A stretch of 63,968 bases of DNA, filler included, from Ministeria vibrans ATCC 50519 (lineage: Eukaryota; Protista; Filasterea): the NCBI GenBank assembly GCA_943704425.1. It is 9 parts of 9 records of this genome, joined end to end, with 100 filler letters (N's around TTAATTAATTAA, not from the genome) between each part and the next. Parts side by side here need not be neighbours in the genome. Positions count along the whole stretch, not along the records: positions 54,654 to 62,194 come from CALSCP010002571.1; positions 62,295 to 63,968 come from CALSCP010001948.1; 7 more parts are not named here. One strand, 5' to 3'. Positions 54,891-63,968 of the stretch are shown here, piece after piece. The notes beneath the pieces were generated by a model. It made no database searches, was not told the origin of the DNA, and saw only the letters and a list, made by a program, of their open reading frames with translations. Made by a program: the position numbers and the translations under genes. Each line of letters starts with the position of its first letter. Position 1 is the first letter of the stretch.

Positions 54891-55064
54891 GGTGGTACGA
54901 TGCCTATCACACGTTCGCTCGAGCGCGTCCTGAGTGCACCTGCGCTGCACCTGCCGCTGGGACGTCGCTCGAATAGTGCGCATCTGCCTAATGAGCGCAT
55001 TTCGGTGCACAATCTCGATGTGGGTGTGCGAGTGCTGCGCAGTGTCTTCAAATGTACTGACTGA
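54891..55064 (+). CDS. Last exon of an M20 dipeptidase, Dug2/CNDP2-like (not in ORF track)
   Basis: After a tag acceptor: GGTMPITRSLERVLSAPALHLPLGRRSNSAHLPNERISVHNL. Confidence 0.7.
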   Translation, partial: GGTMPITRSLERVLSAPALHLPLGRRSNSAHLPNERISVHNLDVGVRVLRSVFKCTD

Positions 55065-55098
55065 AATATAAAATAAAAAAAAATATGAAAAAGAAAAA

Positions 55099-56600
55099 TT
55101 ACATAATGCTACAGGAAGAACGGTCACTGTTGCCAAGCTTCTGGCGGGGATCGCTGTCGGTGATGCGCAGCTGTGACTTGAGTGCTTCTGCGCGCTTTAG
55201 GTAGCGCATGACTTCCTTGCGCAGGGGCGCAGCCTGGGTCGTCTCGAGCTCGTCTGCGGCGCGCAGGAATAGCTCGACAGCCTCGACATAGTGCTCAAGG
55301 GCGTCGTGGTGGTCGCCAAAGCGGTCTGCGCGCAGAGCGTGCTGTGCCAGCAGCAGTGCCCGTGCGGCGTGCTCGTTTTGCGACGCCACCCGGTCCAGTG
55401 CCTCCGCAGAAGGCATCGACTCCGCTTCCCGTCGCATTTCACTTGTAAGCGATTTTTTCAGAGTTTCGGCGCGTTCAACGTAGGGTAGAATACGCTCGCG
55501 CAGTTCAGCACATCGTGCGGGGTCATTCCGTTCGAATGTGAGTGCAGCAAAGAAATGGTCGAGCGCATCGAGATAGACAGGAAAGGCATCCGAGCACTTT
55601 CCACGACTGTCCAGCTCAGTGGCGCGCTTGACGGTTGCGAGAGCGGTGGTGAGGGAGTTGGCAGAGGGAAGATGGCGCAGGTCGACAAAGGGATGAGCAA
55701 AGAAATCGTCAAAGGAGATGCGCTTGGAGGGGTCACGCTGAAGGAGGCTCTGCAAGAGGTCACGACAGTCGGCGCTGAGAGGCGGGCTCTGGGGCAACCA
55801 GACGGGTTCTTGACTGCGCAGTTGGGCAATAAGTTCGTCCTGCGACGCCGTGTGGAATGGTGCGCGCCCAAACAGCGACTCGTACAGAATGATCCCAACC
55901 GACCAGAGGTCACATCGAGCGTCGTATTGCTTGGTAAGTACCTCAGGTGCAATGTATAATAAAGATCCTGATATAGGGCCTAAAAATAAATTAAAAAAAC
56001 ACCATAAATATTATAATTATTATCCGTCCCAAACAAGGGGTTCTACCGCTCTGAAGGGCGCCTTCGCGCAATCGACGGGCCAGTCCAAAGTCGGCGAGTT
56101 TCAGCTCTGGCGGCGTATCGGTGGTAAGAAGGATGTTCGATGGCTTCAAGTCCATGTGCGAGATGTTGTGGGCGCGCAGAAAGCCCAGGGCATCGGCAAG
56201 TTGACGCAGAAAGTGACGAGCGTCCGACTCGCTGAGGGTTTTCGCCGACTTGAGGTGTCCACTCAAATCGCCACCGGCACACAGCTCCATTACAATGTAG
56301 ACGTTTTGGGCGTCGCGAAAGGCATCCAGCAGTGTCACGACGTGGGCATTGTGCGCGCAGCGCTGGAGGACACGGAACTCTTCAACGAGCGCATCCATTG
56401 AGGCGGGTGTTGCTGCAATTGCCTTGACCGCCACCAGAGGTGCCAGGGGGCACGCAGCCAGCCGCGCCTTGTACACGGTAGCATTGGTTCCACTGCCGAG
56501 TCTTGCCAAGAGAGTGTAGTTGCCAACCTGAGGCAGGGGGCGGCGCAGTGAGAGGGAGTTCACCAGGGCGAGCGACGCGTACCTGCTTTTGACGAAACAT
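55099..56600 (-). CDS. ULK3: Ser/Thr kinase ULK3-like (kinase, two MIT domains, CaaX)
   Basis: HMDLKPSNILL, KLADFGLA, GSLLYIAPE, DLWSVG; two MIT helical repeats (YVERAETLK, YLKRAEALK); ends CSIM. Confidence 0.88.
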
Positions 56601-56970
56601 ATGCCAACGCTGTCAGACAAAGGGGTACGCTGTCAAGTGACGCTGGCCACCGTGCAGTACTGGGTGGTTAGCACTTGGCAGTATACAGGGATATTTAGAA
56701 AGAAAGTGTGTGTGTGTGAAAGGACTGATCACTTCGATTTTGGTTTCAATTTTCAATTTTCAATCCTTTTCTGATGAAACTACTTGGCAACCTCATTTCG
56801 AGCGTGAGTGCTCAGCTGACCGACACAGGCTGTGTGGGCTTTACGGTTCTCCTGACGCTCTTCATCAGTGGGCTTGCCAAGCAAGGTCAGTCGTGCAGCG
56901 CAACCTGACCCGTTCAACGTGTGCCCACACCTCTCTCTCTTTCTCTCTCTCTCTGTGTACGTGTGTGGCG

Positions 56971-57632
56971 ATGGCAGGCAAGCACGGACGGAAGCTGCGC
57001 TTCAGCGATCGGTGGCAGGCGTGGTGGTTCCTGCTGAATGCGTCGCTCATCCATCTGTTCCTCGACGGCTTTGTTGGCTTGTTCCAGCAGATCCCCGCGC
57101 TTGCCGATGAGTACGACGTCCTCGATAAGGTGCGGGTCGTGTGTGCTTTATTTGGGGATGTTCCTGTTGATCTATGTGATGTGTGACTTACACTGTCATA
57201 TAATATAGCGATACCGCGCCCAAAACGCTCTTGTTCAACTTGTGTCTCTGTTCGAAGTGCTCGTCATGAGTCCCATGTGCTACGCCCTCTACTACGGAAT
57301 TCACCAGTAAGACTGTGCGGCGTTGAGAGACATTAAGTGATTCCGCTGATCTACTCATGCGGTGCAGACACAAGTCATGGCGACACCCTCTTCAGATCCT
57401 GTTGTGCGCCATTCACTTTATGGGCACCTACTTCTTCACGCTGACGGAGATTGCCGATGGATTCCCCAACATTCCCGCAGATTTGGAGATGCGATTTGAT
57501 CCGCACTCTCTCTTTTACTTTTGGCTCTTTTTTGTCGCTGCCAACATCCTCTGGACAGCCCTTCCGCTTTACTTGGCCGTGCAGTCGTTCCGTCGTTGTA
57601 CCAATGCCATTGAGCGAGCCAAGCAGCATTAA
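56971..57632 (+). CDS. Emopamil-binding protein family (EBP/EBPL, EXPERA domain)
   Basis: WFLLNASLIHLFLDG, EYDVLDKRY, RHPLQILLC..HFMGTYFF, YFWLFFVAANILWTALP. Confidence 0.82.
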
Positions 57633-57984
57633 TTAATATTATTAATTTTAAAAATAATAAAAAATAAAATAATTGAGTTTGTTTTCTATTAAGACAGCTT
57701 TTTGAACGTGTGGAGTGTGAGTGGGTTCATGCATTGGGCTTAGGGTTTAGACTTGGATCGTGAATTTGGCAGATTTGAGTTGAGGAACGAGTGGATTGTG
57801 TTCAACATCAAATTTTCATACTTTTCTGACCATCATGCGTCTCGCAATCATTTCCATCAATCCATGTAGAACAAAGTGTAGTAGTCTACTGCGGCTGCAC
57901 GCAAAGAGAAGGTGAGATGCTTGAACTAAAATTTAAAATGAAATTAGGATTATATATCATAATTAGCCAAAAACCGCCCAGCAT

Positions 57985-58145
57985 GCCCGAGTAGCTTAAT
58001 ATCCGGTTAAAATCTTCGTCATTTTTTTTGGAAGAGTACAAGCCTCGATTTCATTGAACACTTGGTTCAATGACGATTTCTTATACGAATAGATTTGAAA
58101 CATTTGGCTAGTCGAAGAGTGCGGGTTCGAGCCCCGCCCCGGGCA
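57985..58145 (+). tRNA. tRNA-like element with long interruption; anticodon not assignable (possibly Ile-TAT or a pseudogene)
   Basis: Acceptor stem GCCCGAG/CCCGGGC-A with one mismatch, A-box-like TAGCTTAA..GG, perfect T arm GCGGG-TTCGAGC-CCCGC, downstream T8. Confidence 0.5.
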
Positions 58146-58255
58146 TTTTTTTTGGATATGTGTTGAGTTGATGCTCAACTTACTAGTTTTTTTTCTTCTT
58201 TTTTATATAAATTTTATTACATGTATCATGATGTACATCTGACTTGTGTGCTTTC

Positions 58256-59019
58256 TTATGCGCCCTTTTCATCCGCACCGTTCGCCGCCTCCTCCTTCTT
58301 GCGTCGCTTTCTTCGTTTGTCTGCAGCTCTGTTTACACCATACGCGAATGAGAGACATCACAATTCAGACAACATAACATTAATACTTATTTTTTTTCCT
58401 CTCTCTCTCTCTCGCCATTGCAGAACAGAGCATGTGAAAAACGTAAGTTGCACCACACTCAAGTAACAGGTTCTGGCACAGCACGCATGTACACATGCAA
58501 ACATGTTGGGATCTGATGAATAAAGTCAATGTTGATCAGTACCTTTTTCTCATGCGCGCCTGACGAATGTCGCCCCGACTCGGAATGTCTGTCGCCTCTG
58601 CACTCATCACAAGCTCGCTGAGCTTCTTCCGAGCAATTTTGCGGTTCTGGTCTTGTGATCGTGTTTCGTGACACTGGATGATCAGATGAGTATCGGCCTC
58701 TCTCTCTCTCTCTCTCTCCTCTCTTGCCCCTTACTCGAACAACGAGACCGGTCGGCACGTGGCGCAGCACCACACAGTTCGCCGTCTGGTTCACAGCCTG
58801 TCCGCCGGGCCCTTCGCCCCGTACAAACGTCTCTTCCAGCAGCGCATCGTCCAGCTTGGGCAGAGTGCGCATTCCCTTCATGCGCACTCGTTCCATCTGT
58901 CGCGGCGTCAGCTGCCGCTTCTTGTCGGGCGCAGTCGTCGTCGCTGTCGACCCTGCCGACGCTATACACCTTCGTGCGATGCCAATCGACATAGGTCGAA
59001 TGAACAGGACGCGAAGCAT
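58256..59019 (-). CDS. MTRFR: Mitochondrial translation release factor in rescue (C12orf65-like)
   Basis: LEETFVRGEGPGGQAVN, VVLRHVPTGLVVR|CHETRSQDQNRKIAR, basic tail, N-terminal presequence. Confidence 0.88.
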
Positions 59020-59221
59020 ATTTCAAATTGAATGATCAACGAGTAAATAACAAAGAGTATTAAGCAAAATACAATTATAATATTAATTAATTATTAATTT
59101 TCTTTATGATATCATTCGTTCGACAATCTTTTGATTATTACATAATTTTGATTTTTGAATAACAATAGCAACATTTTTTTACAGCTCTCGATTCTCCATT
59201 TATTTTCTTAATTAATTTTTA

Positions 59222-60763
59222 TTATGGCATCAAGTGAGTGTCAAGTTGGCACACAGGATCGCCCACTGTGTCGATGGTACAGTTGGCCAGAGCAGGACAG
59301 GGAGACGAGGCACACACAAGAATTGTGAGCTCCGAGCGCAGCACCGCCAGTTCCGCCTGCAGTGCATCCAAATCAATGGGGGTACCATTTCCATTGAGAA
59401 GCGCGCTCGCGTACACCGTGTCTGCTGTGAGGGAACCCTCAACGCGCACAGTGTCGTTGGTACACTTTGACTGTAGACGCAACGTGCCATTCACCGACTC
59501 AATGCTATGTGGTGTCAGTATATCGCTAGCAGTCTTGTGTGTGTGTGTGTGTCGTGTTCTCACCTGGGCTCAGAGCACACGACAGGCACGGGAACAGCCG
59601 GGAGGGCGGGGCTCGTCGATGGGGTAAGGTCGCCCTCGTAGTCGGCAGTGAAAGCAAGCACGTAGACAGAGGGGTAGGAGATGAAAGAAGAGGAGAAGAC
59701 CAAACCGGTGTACTGGACACCGCGTACGGAGCTGGACACAAACGTGTTGGAGTTGCTTGTGAGACCGTAGGCGAACCCGCGCGGGTTGCCCAGGATGCTG
59801 CTGCTCTCCTGATTGGCCGTGAAGACGGCACGCACAGGCGATGCCATGTTCTGCATCAGCAGCACGGAGGCACCATTGCCCATGCTGCTCGGTATCTGTT
59901 TCACTTGCAAGCCGGGCCGCGACAGACTTGCGGGCAGAAGCACATAGAGCACTTCGGCGACGGGTGCGTGCTCGCCTGCCAGCAGGTGCACATACGCATG
60001 AGTGGACGTGAGCTCACGCACCGACGCAAACGCTGCATCACTGCCGGGATCACGTGCCCCTGGAATTTCAGGACAGCTCGATGAGGCGGTCATAGGTTGC
60101 AGGAGCATTACACGGTCTTCACTGGCGAGCGGAAGTGCTAGGGAAATGAGGGCGGTGGTGGACGCCTGCTGGCAACTCAGTGACAGTGTGCCCCCGCTCA
60201 CGCCGACAGAGGGAAACGTCAGCTGCAATTGCGTGTTGTAAAAGCCCACAAAGGCGTAGCCACGAACGTTGGCGAGTCGCGGTGAGTTGTGGTGCCGGAA
60301 GACCACCTACGGGACATGCGAGGTCACTGAGCTCACTTGCGCCTCGCACGATCGCCGGGCGGTGCTTACCTGCGTCTGCGAGAACGCCTCGAGCACAACA
60401 TGACCAAATGCCGTTGTGTTCACGACAGACTCGGTGAGAATATACCCGTCGGGAGTCCCTACGAGACGTCCGAGTGAGTGACAGATCAATTAACAACAAG
60501 TATTGCTATTCTTCGCGCTCTCTTATCACTACAAGGCATGTTTGCGATGCTCGCGACTATGGGATTAACGGAACAGTCCAGCGACCCGTCGTGGCAGTCC
60601 AGGAACCCAGTCACAACACCGTCGTCTCCGGGTGCTACACAAATCATAATCGTATGTGATTTTGAGTTTTACTTGAGCTGAAGCACACACACATTGAAAG
60701 AAATACAGCCAACATACCTGCATAAACCGACACGATCAGCGACAGGATGGCAAACGAAAGCAT
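59222..60763 (-). CDS. Secreted protein of unknown function with C-terminal beta-rich segment, coiled coil and EGF-like motif
   Basis: Signal peptide MLSFAILSLIVSVYA; several GT-AG introns; tail IESVNGTLRL...LDALQAELAVLRSEL...CASSPCPALANC...PVC. Confidence 0.55.
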
Positions 60764-60963
60764 CGCCGACCAACTTGGCGGTGACTTGAGAAAAAAGTTA
60801 TTCATCTTTCTCTTTCTTTTGGACTTATCACTGAATACTTATGAAACTCAATCACTCACCATTTACATTTTCGTTTATTATTCAGTGCACGCGTCTGTCG
60901 CGTACACGTATTAGTGCGATTGATCGGGCAGGCATCGGCGAGCGCACGACACCGCCAGCGGCC

Positions 60964-61430
60964 ATGGACGCCAGCAACGCCTCTGCGACGCTCGACGACT
61001 TCAACGACGGATTTCTGCCGCACGTCCGCCTCATTGTCGAGGCGGTGCGGTCAGGCGACGTGTCGGCCGTGCAGTCGTCGGTGAGGCTGTGTGTGGCGTT
61101 GCCCCCCAAGCGCCCGTCTAACCCCGTCTGCGTAGGTTTCCGTCTTCCGTCGCCAACTCGACGCATGCCGTGCCCTCATTCGCAGCCACGCACTCCTGGA
61201 GAGCACAGAGACCCTCAAGGCGACCCTGGCGTCCGCCGAAGAAGATCTCGCCCGCAAACAGTCAGACAACCGAAAACATTCATCTCACTGATGGGACTGA
61301 CACGTTTGTGTGTGTATGTGTGTCTGTGTGTGTCTGTAGAAGCCAAGTTGAACGCTACAAAAACCTCCCTGTCTGGTCAAGCGCTCTGGCACAACCTTCC
61401 CAGCAACCTGTAGACCACCAACAACTGTAA
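60964..61430 (+). CDS. MED9: Mediator subunit MED9-like (three exons)
   Basis: Spliced product reads FLPHVRLIVEAV...VFRRQLDACRALIRSH...LASAEEDLARKQSQVERYKNL. Confidence 0.72.
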
Positions 61431-61579
61431 ACCCCAATTAAAAGAGATTTCATTGTACAATTACAACTCCCACGAAAACAAATGGTGCTGCACAAGCATA
61501 CTGCGCACACTCTCACGGATCGGATCACTTTGCCTGCCAAGGAACAGTACATACGTCAAGTGAGCGGTGGGAACGACAA

Positions 61580-62160
61580 TCAAATATACGCGTGTATCGA
61601 ATACCGTGCAAAGTCGACTTCGTAGTCTCGATTGAGATCGAACGTGAGTCGCGACAAGAGTTTGAGGTCACAGCGAATCTGAATCCACACAGGAGATCGC
61701 AAATACGACCATGGAGTATACCATCTACACAGAGTAAAAGATGACAATCGATCAACAACAAACCAAAGGCGATAACAAATCGACAATTATTCGTGCTACT
61801 TTGAGAGAACTGCATGAGCACGACAAAGGATCTGCCACCAGAGGTGCAACATCTGATGGTTGAGGGCGACACAGACTAGGGAGCGGAAGCGGGCGTCCTT
61901 GTGAGGCAGGGCATCCATCGAATGGGAAGCATTGATGTCGCACACGGCCTGGTACAGCAGCTCAGACGGCGACAGGGCAGAGTGCCGCCCACGCACAGCC
62001 CCTGACGACGATGACGACGACGGCAAGGGCAGCTGCTCGGTCGCCAGTGAGAATGCGCTGGTGAGTTCAAGATGCACCTGTGTTTGCGGCAGTGCTGGCG
62101 CCACACTCGCCCGGGCACACTCGCTGATAAAGTCCCACACGTGATACACGCTTGTCACAC
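61580..62160 (-). CDS. SGSM3: SGSM3/RUTBC3-like RUN domain, 3' part
   Basis: LSPSELLYQAV, FRSLVCVALNHQMLHLW, WYTPWSYLRSPVWIQIRCDL. Confidence 0.88.
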
Positions 62161-62394
62161 TACAAAGAAAAAAAAAAAAAAAAAAAGTTAAAAANNNNNN
62201 NNNNNNNNNNNNNNNNNNNNNNNNNNNNNNNNNNNNNNTTAATTAATTAANNNNNNNNNNNNNNNNNNNNNNNNNNNNNNNNNNNNNNNNNNNNAAAAAA
62301 AACACACACACACACACACACACAAACACGCAAGTAAACAGACAACGGGTTAGAAAAGTTGTTAACTGGCGCATAAGTCAAAAAAAAGCATACA

Positions 62395-63550
62395 TCAAGA
62401 GCAAAAGTCTCAATGTCAGACGCGGTGCGTCCACCCTCGTAAGGCGCCGGCGAGCTCTTGGCGCCGGGGCGGAACACCTTGATGGTCGGGTAGCCGCGCA
62501 CATCGTACTTGCTTCCAAGCGACTGTTCGACTGTCGCATCGACGGCACCCAGCTTCACCTTGCCGTCCAGAGCCTTGGCAGCTTTCTCCCACTCGGGAGC
62601 AAGGTTCTTGCAATGACCGCACCAGGGCGCGTAAAACTCGACGAGCCACAGGTCGTCGCTGTCGAGCACAAGCTTGTCAAAGTTGGCCTCAGTCAGAGTG
62701 ACCACCTTGCTGGGGCCAGTCGAACCGGATCCACTACCACCACTACTGCCGCCGCTGCCACGGCTACCGCCTCCGTTGATACGGGCCTTGGCCGTCTTGG
62801 TCGCTTGGCTCATGGCAAACTCAACAATGGCACTGGCAGTGCGTCCGCTCTGGTAGTCCTCTGGCTTGCCCTTGTTGCCACCGAAGAACTTGATCGTCGG
62901 GAAGCCACGGACGCTAAACTGGCTCCCCAGCGACTTGTGTTGGTCCGCATCCACAGCACCGACTTTGACGAATCCCTAAAGTGAAAGAGAGAAGAGAGAG
63001 AGGAGAGAGAGAAAGAGAAAAACAATGACAATCATGTTCATTCTTCTGTTTCTCTGCTTTGAGACACAAGGTGGCGCTCTTACCTTCAGAGCCGACGCAG
63101 CCTTCTTCCATTCGGGTGTGAGCGACTTGCAATGGCCGCACCTATTGAGAACAAGAAGAAATGCGACGAAAAAGGTTTGGGCCAATGACTCTGCACCACA
63201 TCAGCAGCGCATACCACGGCGCATAGAACTCGACGAGCCACAGGTCGGTGCTCTTCGTCACCAGAGAATCAAAGTTGCTCGGTGTCAACACGACCACGTC
63301 GTCGTCTGATCGGAGATGAGTCGTCCAAACAAACACAGTAAGTCGTTAGTTTTCTTTTTCTTTCTTTCTTTCTTTTTTTTTTCAGAGAAGAGTAAGAGTT
63401 GCGTTTAGGACACGCAAAAACTAGCGTACGTTTTCGGATTTTTTTTTTTTTTTTTTTTTTTTTTCGGTTTGGGAACGTACTCGATCCGTAAAAGGCAAAC
63501 ACTGGTGTTGTCAACACCAGAACAGCAACGATCAAAGAGAAAGTCTTCAT
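62395..63550 (-). CDS. PDIA6: Protein disulfide isomerase A6 (P5), 5' part
   Basis: Signal peptide, two [14 protein letters not shown] thioredoxin domains separated by a Gly-rich linker. Confidence 0.92.
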
Positions 63551-63701
63551 TGATTACAAAATTCTGTAATAAATAATAATTTCTTTCATGTCAATTGTTT
63601 CAACTTTCAAAACGATCGGAATGAGAAGGGAACGACATAGAAAAGTCAAAAGAGAAATTATTATAAGTAATAAGAGACACTTTTTTCTTGTCTTATAAGT
63701 C

Positions 63702-63968
63702 ATGGCTCCTCGGTCGCCCACTGTGGTGGCGTCGTCGCCGTCGGCGGCTGCGCTCAAGTGGCTTGCGATGGAAAACGTCCTCACCTGGAGCATCCTCGCT
63801 GCCTGCATGTTTCTCGGTATGCGCGCGCTGCCGGCGTGTCTGCATCCCTGCCCACGCACTCTCTTGCGCGACTCCGCTCCCCCTGGCAATCCCTCCTTCC
63901 CTTCTCTGCTCTCAACATGGTAGGATTCATCAGCAGTTTGTTTTACTTACTGCATATCTTATATTGGT
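63702..63968 (+). CDS. 5' end of an unidentified membrane protein running off the window
   Basis: ATG divergent from PDIA6, hydrophobic VLTWSILAACMFL, then a GTATG donor. Confidence 0.35.

Overview
Gene-dense, GT-AG intron-containing eukaryotic DNA, most likely a flagellated unicellular holozoan such as a choanoflagellate or relative. This is inferred from a tyrosine-kinase fragment, SGSM3, ULK3, INSIG, VPS35L and the ciliary gene TMEM231. The window is nine contigs joined by identical artificial 100-nt spacers (N44-TTAATTAATTAA-N44), so adjacency across spacers means nothing. About 35 genes or gene fragments are recognisable, mostly housekeeping. The stand-out is a minus-strand gene (40249 to 36090, cut by a spacer) that I could splice by hand through nine exons, including a 13-nt micro-exon, into one ORF of at least 1016 aa. 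Its domain order is signal peptide, two type-1 copper cupredoxins, five-helix cytochrome b561, FixL-like PAS, degenerate EF-hand pair, then NOX ferric-reductase and FAD domains. Other notable items are a tandem pseudo-caspase/caspase (C14) protein, a membrane-anchored homolog of plant UDP-arabinopyranose mutase (RGP/GT75), a type II membrane-anchored insulysin, an MLKL-like kinase relic and an interrupted tRNA-like element. All family assignments come from motif recognition by eye; no database search was run.
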